Assembly: GCA_963762145.1 (NCBI GenBank)
Contig: CAVXJS010000021.1
Location: forward strand, 992,001-1,056,000
Direction: 5' to 3'
Length of the DNA stretch: 64,000 nucleotides
DNA from: an uncultured Candidatus Rokubacteria bacterium
GTDB lineage: Bacteria; Methylomirabilota; Methylomirabilia; Rokubacteriales; CSP1-6
A program made the translations under genes and the position numbers. Shown here piece by piece: positions 1-8,592 of the stretch. Within the stretch, counting starts at the first letter, position 1; every line of letters begins with the position of its first letter. Below the pieces are notes generated by a model, which saw only the letters and a list, made by a program, of their open reading frames with translations, made no database searches and had not been told where the DNA came from.

Positions 1-2
1 GA

Positions 3-281
3 GTCGCGGAGCTGGCGGCCAGGCACCGGCTCCCGGCCCTGTACGAGCTCCGGCAGTACGTCGAGGCCGGCGGGCTGATCTCCTATGGCGCGGAGGTCAA
101 CGATATCTGGCAGCGCGCCGCCGCCTTCGTGGACAAGATCCTCAAGGGCACCCGGCCCGCCGACCTGCCCATCGAGCAGCCCTCCGAGTTCGAGCTGGTG
201 ATCAATCTCAAGACCGCGCAGGCGCTCGGCCTCTCAATCCCGCCCTCGCTGCGGTTGCGGGCGGACGAGGTCTTGCAGTAA
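3..281 (+). CDS. ABC transporter substrate-binding protein (ABC_sub_bind type), C-terminal part; 5' end outside window
   Basis: Frame from position 3 reads ...EAGGLISYG...VDKILKGTRPADLPIEQPSEFELVINLKTAQALGLSIPPSLRLRADEVLQ*, the typical C-terminus of this family. Confidence 0.9.
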   Translation, partial: VAELAARHRLPALYELRQYVEAGGLISYGAEVNDIWQRAAAFVDKILKGTRPADLPIEQPSEFELVINLKTAQALGLSIPPSLRLRADEVLQ

Positions 282-286
282 TCTCC

Positions 287-1051
287 GTGACGACCATGAG
301 CCCGCGCAAGCGCATCGGCGTGATGATCCCCTCCACGAACACCACGTGCGAGGCCGACTTCCAGATGACGGTCCCGCGCGACGTCACCATCCACGGCCAG
401 CGGCTGTGGATGACCAACGAGGGCACCGGCGACGAGGCCTACGTCCGCATGAACGGCGAGATCGAGAGCGGCGCCCGCTACCTGGCCACCGCCCACGTGG
501 ACGTGGTGGTCTACGGGTGCACCACCGGCAGCTTCTACAAGGGCCCGGGCTGGGACACCGAGATGCTCGAGCTGATCCGCCGCGAGGCGAAGGTCCCCGC
601 GGTCGCGACCAGCCCCTCGGTGGTCGAGGCGCTCCGCTTCTTCGGGGCCCGGCGGCTCTCGGTGGCCACGCCCTATCCCGAGTGGAACAACCAGCGGCTG
701 CGCTCCTACCTCGAGGCCCAGGGCTTCGAGGTGTTGAACGTCGACGGCGAGCCCCGCGCCGCCGCGTCCGGCAACCAGGGGATCAACGATCAGGACCCGG
801 AGGAAGTGGCCGAGTTCGCCGCGCGGGTCTGCCGGCCCGAGGCGGACGCCCTGCTCTGCTCCTGCACCGCGTGGCGTTCGGTCGAGGCCATCGCGGCCAT
901 CGAGGCGCGCACCGGCAAGCCCGCGGTGAGCTCCAACCAGTCCACGATCTGGACCGCGCTGCGCGCCCTCGGCCTCACCCGCCCGATCACCGGCTTCGGC
1001 CGGCTGCTGGAGCACCTGACTCCGGCGCGTCCCGCCCCCGCCGCGCGCTAG
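287..1051 (+). CDS. Maleate isomerase / Asp-Glu racemase / arylmalonate decarboxylase family protein
   Basis: IGVMIPSTN, YGCTTGS, ATPY, CSCTAW, SSNQ; both catalytic Cys present; start may be ATG 296. Confidence 0.85.
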   Translation: MTTMSPRKRIGVMIPSTNTTCEADFQMTVPRDVTIHGQRLWMTNEGTGDEAYVRMNGEIESGARYLATAHVDVVVYGCTTGSFYKGPGWDTEMLELIRREAKVPAVATSPSVVEALRFFGARRLSVATPYPEWNNQRLRSYLEAQGFEVLNVDGEPRAAASGNQGINDQDPEEVAEFAARVCRPEADALLCSCTAWRSVEAIAAIEARTGKPAVSSNQSTIWTALRALGLTRPITGFGRLLEHLTPARPAPAAR

Positions 1052-1078
1052 TCGCCGGGAGATCGACCCCTGGCCGGC

Positions 1079-1954
1079 GTGATCGCGTACATCGGCATGG
1101 GCCTGCTGGGCTCGGCCCTCGCGGGGAGCCTCATCAAGGCCGGCTACACCGTGCGCGGCTTCGACGTCGCGCCCGAGCGCATGCGCGAGCACGAAGGGCG
1201 AGGCGGTGTGCCGGCGCACTCCCCCGCCGACGCGGCCCGCGGCGCCGCGGTGGTGATGACCTGCCTCATGACCGCCGACCTCGTCGGCGAGGTGCTGCTC
1301 GGTCCCGACGGCGCGATCGACGCAGCTCCGCCCGGCGTCCTCGTGATCGACAACAGCACGATCCACCCCGACGCCTCCGCCGCGCTGGCCGCCCGGCTCG
1401 CGGCGCGCGGGATCCCGATGCTGGACGCGCCGGTGGCGGGATCGAGCGGGCAGGCGCGCCGGCGCGAGGCGCCGGTGATGGTGGGCGGCGACGCGGAGGT
1501 CTTCGCGCGCGGCCGCCCGATCCTCGACGCGCTCAGCGAGCGCGTCCGGCACGTCGGCCCGAGCGGGGCGGGGGCCCGCGCCAAGCTCGTCGTCAATCTC
1601 GTCCTCGGGCTGAACCGTCTGGCCCTGGCCGAGGGCCTGCTCTTCGGGCTGCGGCAAGGACTGGACGGAAAGGCCCTGCTCGCGATCCTCAAGGAGAGCT
1701 CGGCCTACTCGCGGGCGATGGACATCAAGGGCGAGCGCATGATCGAGGGCAATTTCCAGGCGGAGGGTAAGCTCGCGCAGCACCTGAAGGACGTCGAGCT
1801 CATGCTGGAGGTGGGCCACGGGTCGGGCGCCCCGCTGCTGGCGACCGCGCTCCACCGGCAGCTCCTGCTGGCGGGCGTGGCCTGCGGCCTGGGCGAGCAC
1901 GACAACTCCGCGATCATCGCGGTGCTCCGCTCGCTCATCGACGCACCGCGCTGA
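1079..1954 (+). CDS. NAD(P)-dependent oxidoreductase, 3-hydroxyisobutyrate dehydrogenase family
   Basis: IGMGLLG Rossmann motif, DNSTI, LDAPVAG, KLVVN, KDVELM. Confidence 0.88.
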   Translation: MIAYIGMGLLGSALAGSLIKAGYTVRGFDVAPERMREHEGRGGVPAHSPADAARGAAVVMTCLMTADLVGEVLLGPDGAIDAAPPGVLVIDNSTIHPDASAALAARLAARGIPMLDAPVAGSSGQARRREAPVMVGGDAEVFARGRPILDALSERVRHVGPSGAGARAKLVVNLVLGLNRLALAEGLLFGLRQGLDGKALLAILKESSAYSRAMDIKGERMIEGNFQAEGKLAQHLKDVELMLEVGHGSGAPLLATALHRQLLLAGVACGLGEHDNSAIIAVLRSLIDAPR

Positions 1955-2110
1955 AATCGGTCCCCTACGGGCCGGCGCGATCCGCTATACTGGACTCGTC
2001 TTCGCTGAAGATACTGGTAGGCCGTCGCGACCCTGCCATCTCACGCCGCCCTCGCACGCAACTCACCTCCTCGTCGTGTCGCCGCCGATGTTTCTCGCAA
2101 AGGAGTCCGC

Positions 2111-2326
2111 GTGAGTCGCATGCCGTCGAAGTCCTTCAGCTGCGGGGTGGTGTCCGAGACCGTGACCATCACGCTGAGGCGACGCAATTCCATGGCCGGC
2201 CGCGGCAAGCTCTTCGTCGCGTGCAGCGAGAAGGACTGTCAGTACATCGACGCGAACGAGCTGCCGTGCCCGCTCACGCTCGCGCTCTTCACCGAGGAAA
2301 TCAACCAGCGAATGATTGCCGAGTAG
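2111..2326 (+). CDS. Small hypothetical Cys-containing protein (71 aa)
   Basis: SD AAGGAG before GTG; 4 Cys (FSC, ACSEKDCQY, PCPL); TATACT -10-like box near 1986. Confidence 0.65.
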   Translation: MSRMPSKSFSCGVVSETVTITLRRRNSMAGRGKLFVACSEKDCQYIDANELPCPLTLALFTEEINQRMIAE

Positions 2327-2360
2327 CCGCTTCGCCTCTCACGACGCCACGGAGTCCCCC

Positions 2361-2564
2361 ATGGATGCCGCCACCCCGACCAAGCCGCTCCCGCCCAGCA
2401 AGCCCCTGCGCTGCGCGTCCCCCATCGAGGTCGATCCGACCGAGCTGGAGATCCCCGCGGCCACCGTCAAGGCGTGGATCGCCCATCTCCGTACCCACGG
2501 CTGGACGGACCACGACCTGGATCTGCAGTGGATCAGCCGCGCGCGTAGCGGCGTGACCCGCTAG
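2361..2564 (+). CDS. Small hypothetical protein (67 aa)
   Basis: GGAG SD before ATG 2361; GC3-biased codons; MDAATPTKPLPP...WIAHLRTHGW. Confidence 0.55.
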   Translation: MDAATPTKPLPPSKPLRCASPIEVDPTELEIPAATVKAWIAHLRTHGWTDHDLDLQWISRARSGVTR

Positions 2565-2588
2565 CTTCGAGCGGTCAGCGGCCTCGCG

Positions 2589-2867
2589 TCAGCGCGGCGG
2601 CGACGCCCCAAGGCACGCGACCTTCTTCCTCGCGCACTGCGCGCACAGGCTCGCGGGCGCGAGGGTGAGCGCGCCCGGCTCGGCGAAGATCTCCTCCATC
2701 GCCCGCGCGATGTCCGGTTTCATGTAGCTCCGGTCGAGGTTGTCCTTCGCCAGCTTGACGAGGCACCGCGCACACAGGAATTGGCCTCGGCACTCGCCGT
2801 GCAGCAGGCTGTCAACGACGCGCCGGATGAAGTCGCCGGCGGTGTACACCGTGGAGGGCAGGGCCAT
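2589..2867 (-). CDS. Small hypothetical protein with two CxxC motifs (possible zinc-binding), 92 aa
   Basis: MALPSTVYTAGDFIRR...FLCARC...LCAQCARKKVAC; codon bias fits this strand. Confidence 0.65.
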   Translation of the reverse strand: MALPSTVYTAGDFIRRVVDSLLHGECRGQFLCARCLVKLAKDNLDRSYMKPDIARAMEEIFAEPGALTLAPASLCAQCARKKVACLGASPPR

Positions 2868-2880
2868 GAGGATGCCTACC

Positions 2881-3108
2881 GCTTCCCGGGTCGCGCCTTC
2901 CGGCCCTGGAGTGCGAGGAGACGGTCCCGACCCGTGACACACAGGGCCATGAGGTGGGTGCCGAACCCGGTGAACGCGGTGACGATCAGTGAGAAGACTC
3001 CTGGTGGCTTCTTCTTCATGGGGCTCCCTTCGAGACGGGACGTGAAACCGGTGAGCAGGGTCGAGATCGAGCCAGATGCCGGTGAGCCGCGGGGGCCCAG
3101 AGGAAGGC
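2881..3108 (-). ncRNA. ssrS: 6S RNA-like ncRNA
   Basis: Ends pair into a long irregular rod (CUUCC..CUGGG/CCCGGGAAG; CCGGC.UCUGG/CCAGGGCCGG; UCUCGACCC/GGGUCGGGA) flanking a central bubble; inner GGGAGCC/GGCACCCACCU stem typical of 6S; extended -10 TGcTACTGT at 3123-3115. Confidence 0.65.
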
Positions 3109-3129
3109 TCTACAACAGTAGCACGGCTT

Positions 3130-3420
3130 TCATGCGTCCTTGAGCTCGATCTCGATGAAGGCGAACTCGAAGGCATTCGCGTTGCGCACGTCGTGCTCGA
3201 CTCCCGCGTCGCGGTAGTAGGGCTCACCGACGCGGAGCGTGTTGGTCGTCTCACCGGTCGCGCCCACCGAGGTCAGCGAGCCGGTGGTGAGCGGCACCAC
3301 CACGTACGGGTACTCGTGACGATGGTGGCCGGTCCGCGCGCCGGGCGCGAAGCGCCACTCGGTCACGCGCACGCGCGCATTGTCGACCTTGACGGTAGGT
3401 ACCGCGTCCGCATCGCTCAT
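3130..3420 (-). CDS. Cupin domain protein (BauB-like)
   Basis: VDNARVRVTEWRFAPGARTGHHRHEYPYVVVP...GVEHDVRN. Confidence 0.85.
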   Translation of the reverse strand: MSDADAVPTVKVDNARVRVTEWRFAPGARTGHHRHEYPYVVVPLTTGSLTSVGATGETTNTLRVGEPYYRDAGVEHDVRNANAFEFAFIEIELKDA

Positions 3421-5243
3421 CGTGGATCTCCTTTCGCGGTGAGCTCCGCCCACCGCGCGTAGAGCCGGTCCACCTCCGCGCGGGCGGCCTCGAGCGCCGC
3501 GTAGCGCGCCTGCAGCGCGGCCGGATCGGAGGCGATGGCCGGGTCCTCTGCGTCCCGGCGGCTGGATTCCAGCGCGGTCTCCGCCTCCAGGATCGTCGCC
3601 TCCATCGTGTCGAGCTCCCGCTGCTCCAGATACCCCAGCCTCTTCCTGGCCGCCTTCCCCTCTCCCTCTCCCCTCTGGGGAGAGGGCAGGGTGAGGGGAT
3701 CGAGGGGCCTGGTCCCGGCGCTCCTCCGCGCCGCCTTCCGCGCCGCCTCCCACTGCGGGTAGTCGGCGAACGTCTCGACACCACCGCGGCCATCCAGCGC
3801 CACGATGACGGTCGCCACCCGATCGAGCATGAACCGGTCGTGCGTCACCAGCACCAGGCCGCCTTCGAAGGTGGTCAGGCTCTCCTCGAGCACGTCGAGC
3901 GTCGGGATGTCGAGATCATTGGTCGGCTCGTCGAGGATCAGCAGATCGGCGGGCTCCCGCATCAGCCGTGCGATGTGGATGCGGGCCTGCTCGCCGCCCG
4001 AGAGGCGGCCGACCGACACCTCGAGCTGCTCGGGCGGGAACAGGAACCGCTTGGCCCAGGCCGCCACGTGCAGGGTCCGCCCCTGGAAGGTCACCGTATC
4101 GCCCTCGGGGGCGAGGGCCCGCCGCAGCGAGAGGGTGGGATCGAGCCCGGGCCGCTCCTGCTCGAACCGGACGACGCGCAGATCCTCCGCCCGCTCGATC
4201 GTGCCCGCGTCGGGGGCGAGCGCGCCCGCCAGCACGTTGAGCAGGGTGGTCTTGCCGCTGCCGTTCGGCCCCATGAGACCGATGCGCGTGCCGGGCGTGA
4301 TGATGAGATCGAGGTCGCGCACGAGCGAACGGCCGTCGAGCGATTTGGCCAGCCCCCGGGCGACGAGCAGCCGGCGCGAGCGCCGGCCGGAGGCGGTGAA
4401 GTCGATCGCGGCGGAGCGGGTGACCGCTCGCGCGCGCGCGTCGCCGAGCTCCTCGATCAGCCGATCCGCTTCCTTGATTCGCCCCTTGGCCTTGGTGGAG
4501 CGGGCCTTGGCCCCCCGACGCAGCCACTCGATCTCGCGCCGGACGGTGTTGGCGAGCGATTCCTCGTAGGCGGCCTGGCCGCGCAGGAACTCGTCGCGAC
4601 GGGCGAGGAACTCACTGTACCGGCCGTCGGTCTCGAAGAGGCCGCTCGGGTAGACCCGGTTGACCTCGAGCATGCGCGTGGCCACGTGCTCCAGGAAATA
4701 GCGGTCGTGGCTCACCACGAGACAGGCGCGCGCGTGGTCTCCGAGCAGCGCCTCCAGCCAGAGGATGCCCTCCACGTCCAGGTGGTTCGTGGGCTCGTCC
4801 ATCAGGAGCACGTCGGGCTCGCCCGCCAGCTCGCGCGCGATCGCCAGGCGCTTCCGCCAGCCCCCGGAGAGCGCGGCCACCTCCGCGCGCCCATCGTCGA
4901 AGCCGGCGCGGCCCAGGACCTGCGCGATCCGGCCCGCGCGCTCGTACTCGTCCAGCGAGGAAAGCGTCGCGGCGAGGACGTCCTCGACCGTTCCCTCCGG
5001 CGGGAAGAGGGGATCCTGCGGCACGTAGCCCACGCGCACCCCGCTACGGAGCGAGCGCTGGCCGCGGTCGGGCGATTCGATGCCGGCGAGGATGCGGAGG
5101 AGGGTGGACTTGCCGGCCCCGTTGGGACCCACCAGCCCCACCTGGTCCCCTTCGAAGAGTCCGAACGACAACCCCTCGAAGAGGGACCGGAGGCCGTGCG
5201 CCTTGCCCACCCCCTCACAGCTCAGAAGAAGCGAACGGGGCAC
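3417..5243 (-). CDS. uup: ABC-F family ATP-binding protein, Uup-like
   Basis: Two ABC domains (GPNGAGKST/LSGGW/DEPTNHLD; GPNGSGKTT/LSGGE/DEPTNDLD), EIEWLRRGAKARSTKAKGR linker, C-terminal coiled coil, no TM segments. Confidence 0.88.
   Translation of the reverse strand: MPRSLLLSCEGVGKAHGLRSLFEGLSFGLFEGDQVGLVGPNGAGKSTLLRILAGIESPDRGQRSLRSGVRVGYVPQDPLFPPEGTVEDVLAATLSSLDEYERAGRIAQVLGRAGFDDGRAEVAALSGGWRKRLAIARELAGEPDVLLMDEPTNHLDVEGILWLEALLGDHARACLVVSHDRYFLEHVATRMLEVNRVYPSGLFETDGRYSEFLARRDEFLRGQAAYEESLANTVRREIEWLRRGAKARSTKAKGRIKEADRLIEELGDARARAVTRSAAIDFTASGRRSRRLLVARGLAKSLDGRSLVRDLDLIITPGTRIGLMGPNGSGKTTLLNVLAGALAPDAGTIERAEDLRVVRFEQERPGLDPTLSLRRALAPEGDTVTFQGRTLHVAAWAKRFLFPPEQLEVSVGRLSGGEQARIHIARLMREPADLLILDEPTNDLDIPTLDVLEESLTTFEGGLVLVTHDRFMLDRVATVIVALDGRGGVETFADYPQWEAARKAARRSAGTRPLDPLTLPSPQRGEGEGKAARKRLGYLEQRELDTMEATILEAETALESSRRDAEDPAIASDPAALQARYAALEAARAEVDRLYARWAELTAKGDPR
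3664..3698. repeat. BoxC/REP-like palindromic element inside the ABC-F coding sequence
   Basis: CCCTCTCCCC-TCT-GGGGAGAGGG hairpin followed by CAGGGTGAGGGG; translated as PLTLPSPQRGEG. Confidence 0.7.
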
Positions 5244-5249
5244 GCTCGG

Positions 5250-5309
5250 CTACTTCTTCTCCTTCTTCGGCTTCTTCTTCTCCTTCTTCATGCTCCGGCC
5301 CTTGGCCAT
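5250..5309 (-). CDS. 19-aa lysine-rich peptide MAKGRSMKKEKKKPKKEKK (not in ORF track)
   Basis: Strong SD GGAGGTGA, ATG 5309, ten AAG codons, TAG at 5252-5250; fills the gap between two co-oriented genes. Confidence 0.7.
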   Translation of the reverse strand: MAKGRSMKKEKKKPKKEKK

Positions 5310-5313
5310 GTGC

Positions 5314-5613
5314 TCACCTCCCTTCCCTGATCGCGGCGATCTTGCGATCACGCTCGCCCGCCATCCGCTCCGTATCGCGCCGCAGCGCTTCGTTGAGCTG
5401 CTCGACTTCCTCGTGGCTGGCCGCCTTGCGCAGAGCGGCCTGGTGCAGGATCTCGCGCTCCGCGCCCTTGGCCTGGTACATCTGGCGGACCTCGGCGATG
5501 GCCGCCTTCTGCTCGTCGGTGAGCGGCCGGTCGGATGCGTTCGACTCCTTGTCCTTCTGACGGAGCCGCTCCATCGCCAGCTCGAGCGCGCTCTTGGGGG
5601 CGTTGTCGGTCAT
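5314..5613 (-). CDS. Hypothetical helical protein (99 aa)
   Basis: KSALELAMERL...LTDEQKAAIAEVR; TACACT box 10 nt upstream. Confidence 0.8.
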   Translation of the reverse strand: MTDNAPKSALELAMERLRQKDKESNASDRPLTDEQKAAIAEVRQMYQAKGAEREILHQAALRKAASHEEVEQLNEALRRDTERMAGERDRKIAAIREGR

Positions 5614-5637
5614 GACGCTCAGTAGTGTAACAGAGGC

Positions 5638-6717
5638 CTATCCGAGCATCAGCACGGTGCGTGATACCTCGCCCGCCTTCATCGCGCGGAACGCCTCGTT
5701 GACGTCCTCGAGCTTCCCCCGTCGGGTGATCATCTCGTCCAGCTTGAGGCGGCCCTGCCGGTAGAGCTCGATGTAGTGGGGCATGTCCACCTTGAAGCGG
5801 TTACTGCCCATGCTGCAGCCCTGGATCTTCTTCTCGCGGAGGAACATGGGGCCGTCCAGCTCGATCTTCTGGCCCACCGGGATCATGCCCACCACGGTGG
5901 CGGTGCCGCCGGGCCGGATGCAGTCGAAGCACTGCTCGGCCGCGAGCTTGAGGCCGATGCACTCGAAGGAGTAGTCGACCCCGCCGTTGGTCAACGCCCG
6001 GATCTGCTGGACCGGGTCGTCCGACTTGGCGTTCACGCCGTGCGTGGCCCCGAGGGCCTTGGCGGTCGCGAGCTTGGACTCGACGGTGTCGACCGCGATG
6101 ATCATGCGGGCGCCCGCGATGCGCGCCCCCTGCACCGCGGCCAGGCCCACGCCGCCGGCGCCGAAGACCGCGACGGTCGAGCCCGCCTCGATGCGCGCGG
6201 TGTTCAGCACCGCGCCTACCCCGGTCGTGACTCCGCAGCCGATCAGGGCCGCGCGGTCGAGCGGCATGCTCTCGTCGATCTTCACCAGCGCGTTCTCGTG
6301 CACCAGCATCTGCTCGGCGTAGGCGGAGAGATTGGCGAACTGGTTGACCGGCTGGCCCTTCCACGAGAGCTTCGGCGGATCCGTCTTGGCCCGCACCGGG
6401 CGGGTCTGGCAGAGATGGGTCTTGCCGGTGAGGCAGTAGTCGCAGTGCCCGCAGAAGACGGACAGGCACGCGATGACGTGGTCGCCCGGCTTGAACTCGC
6501 TCACCTGCAGCCCGACCGCCTCGACGATGCCGGAGGCCTCGTGGCCGAGGATGGCGGGGGTGGGGAACGGGTAGAGGCCGTCCACGAAGTGCAGATCGCT
6601 GTGGCAGACGCCGGAGGCCACCGTGCGCACCAGCACCTCGCGGCCGATGGGCTTGTCGATGTCGACGTTCTCGATCGTGAGCGGCTGATGCGGCCCGTGG
6701 AACACGGCAGCTTTCAT
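5638..6717 (-). CDS. Zn-dependent alcohol dehydrogenase (MDR family)
   Basis: GVCHSDLH, GHEASG, CGHCDYC...C, GAGGVG. Confidence 0.93.
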   Translation of the reverse strand: MKAAVFHGPHQPLTIENVDIDKPIGREVLVRTVASGVCHSDLHFVDGLYPFPTPAILGHEASGIVEAVGLQVSEFKPGDHVIACLSVFCGHCDYCLTGKTHLCQTRPVRAKTDPPKLSWKGQPVNQFANLSAYAEQMLVHENALVKIDESMPLDRAALIGCGVTTGVGAVLNTARIEAGSTVAVFGAGGVGLAAVQGARIAGARMIIAVDTVESKLATAKALGATHGVNAKSDDPVQQIRALTNGGVDYSFECIGLKLAAEQCFDCIRPGGTATVVGMIPVGQKIELDGPMFLREKKIQGCSMGSNRFKVDMPHYIELYRQGRLKLDEMITRRGKLEDVNEAFRAMKAGEVSRTVLMLG

Positions 6718-6787
6718 GGGTGGCCTCCTCAGGGGATTCGTGGCGGGCGTTGGCTCGCCCAGACAGGTAACGCCCCCCGGCCCGACG

Positions 6788-6805
6788 TGTCAAGGGCCCT
6801 TGACA
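6788..6805. promoter_or_regulatory. Perfect 18-bp palindrome TGTCAAGGGCCCTTGACA between divergent genes
   Basis: Self-complementary; gives TTGACA on each strand pointing outward toward the ADH and lactonase genes. Confidence 0.55.
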
Positions 6806-6838
6806 GCTCGGCGGCCGCTGTCGCAGCATCGGCCCGCC

Positions 6839-7891
6839 ATGTTCGCCTACGTCGGCGCCTACACGTCGAAGGACCGCAACGGGCGGGGCGACGGCATCAA
6901 TGTCTACCGGATCGACGAGACATCGGGCGCCTGGAGCCACGTCCAGCGGGTGGGCGATCTGGTGAACCCGTCATGGCTCACGCTCCATCACGAGCGGCCG
7001 GTGCTCTACTCCGCGCACGGGGAAGGGCACGAGGCCACCGCCTTCGCGATCGACCCCGCCGACGGCCGGCTGCGCGTCCTCAATCGCAGGCCCACCGACG
7101 GCAAGAACGGCGTGCGCCTGGGGATCGAAGCCTCCGGTCGCCACGTCGTCTGCGCCAACTACAGCTCGGGCACGGTGGCGGTGCTGCCGATCGAGACCGA
7201 CGGCGCGCTCGGCCCGCTCACCGACCTGGTACCGCTCACCGGCAAGCCCGGCCCGCACCCGACCGAGCAGACCAGCGCGCACCCCCACGACGTGGCCTTC
7301 GACCCGCGGGGGCGCTTCTGCCTGGTGCCGGACAAGGGCCTCGACGCGGTCTTCGTCTTCCGGGTGGACGGCGGCGGCAAACTGCTTCCGGGCGCGCCGC
7401 CCGCCGTCGCGACCCGGCCGGGCGCGGGGCCGCGGCACGCCGGCTTCCACCCGACCGGTCATCTCGCCTAAGTGCTCAACGAGCTCGACTCGACGCTGAC
7501 CAGGTATCGCTTCGACGCCGACTCCGGCGCCCTCGAGCCGCGCCAGACCATCACGACGCTCCCGCCCGCGTTCACCGGGCGCAACACCACGTCGGAGATC
7601 GCGGTCGCCCCGTCGGGCCGATTCGTCTACGCCTCGAATCGCGGCCACGACAGTGTGGGGATCTTCGCGGTGGAGCCGGGCGCGGGCACGCTCTCCCCGG
7701 TCGGCTGGGAGCCCACCCAGGGCAAGACGCCGCGATTCATCGGCCTCGATCCGGCGGGAACGACGCTCTACGCGGCCAACCAGGACAGCGACACCATCGT
7801 GGCCTTCCGCGTGGACCGGCAGTCCGGCACGCTCACGCCCACCAGGCACGTCGTCGCGGTGGGCAGCCCCAGCACCATCGTCTTCCGCTAG
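6839..7891 (+). pseudogene. 6-phosphogluconolactonase (Pgl/cycloisomerase 2) family protein with an in-frame TAA
   Basis: AYVGAYT, NPSWL, ANYSSG, AHPHD, GPRH, HLA*VLNEL (stop 7469-7471 where Tyr is expected), YASNRGHDS. Confidence 0.8.
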
Positions 7892-7903
7892 AAAGGACTC
7901 GCC

Positions 7904-8479
7904 ATGGAAACCGTCCAGATGACCCGCGACGAGATCGCGGCGCGCACCGGCCGCTTCGCGCAGCTCCAGCCGATGGAGTTCATGAAGAACGACACCACGG
8001 TGAGCCAGGCGGCCAAGGACATCATCCTCGCCCGCAAGCTCATGCCAGTGGTGCTCGAGCGCACCCAGTCCGCCTTCGGCAACGACGCGCCGATCTACAA
8101 CGCGGCCGGCCTCACCATGTTCATCTCGATCATGCCGCCGGGCCAGGGGCCGTGCCTGCACGCGCACAAGAAAACGTTCGAGACGTTCACCGTGCTCGAC
8201 GGCTCGCTCGAGTTCTCGCTCAACGACGACGGCGGCGAGAAGATCGTGCTGAACCGGTGGGACACCTTCTCGTGCCCGCCGGGGGTGAACCGGGGCTTCC
8301 GCAACGTGGGCACCACGGACGCGGTGCTGCTGACCGTCATCACCGGCGGGATCAACGACCGTAACGACATCGGGCTGCCCCCCGCCATCGCCAAGCAGAT
8401 CGAGGCGGTGGACCCGAACGCGCTCGAGGTCTTCAAGACCAAGATGGGCCTGCGCTTCGACGCGGGCCCCGCGGTGTAG
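7904..8479 (+). CDS. Cupin domain protein
   Basis: PPGQGPCLHAHKKTFETFTVLDG...PPGVNRGFRNVG; SD AAGGA. Confidence 0.8.
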   Translation: METVQMTRDEIAARTGRFAQLQPMEFMKNDTTVSQAAKDIILARKLMPVVLERTQSAFGNDAPIYNAAGLTMFISIMPPGQGPCLHAHKKTFETFTVLDGSLEFSLNDDGGEKIVLNRWDTFSCPPGVNRGFRNVGTTDAVLLTVITGGINDRNDIGLPPAIAKQIEAVDPNALEVFKTKMGLRFDAGPAV

Positions 8480-8505
8480 TCAGGACGGCCCGCGCCGGTC
8501 CTAGT

Positions 8506-8592
8506 CGGGGTCAGGTCTTACATTCCAACATTTTCCCCTCGGCAAGTGACTTGTTCGCCCGCGGAAATGTTGGAATGTAAGACCTGACCCCG
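8506..8592. repeat. MITE/REP-like element with 28-bp perfect inverted repeats
   Basis: CGGGGTCAGGTCTTACATTCCAACATTT (8506-8533) and its exact reverse complement (8565-8592); AT-richer than flanks; between convergent genes. Confidence 0.85.

Noticed and set aside
83-1900. Long antisense or alternative-frame ORFs (also 5776-8364, 47821-51363, 54449-56809 and others)
   Set aside because: Shadow ORFs of a high-GC genome: Arg/Ala/Gly/Pro-rich, motif-free and overlapping well-supported genes
7469-7471. Stop-codon recoding (Sec/Pyl) in the lactonase
   Set aside because: Codon is TAA at a Tyr position, not TGA or TAG
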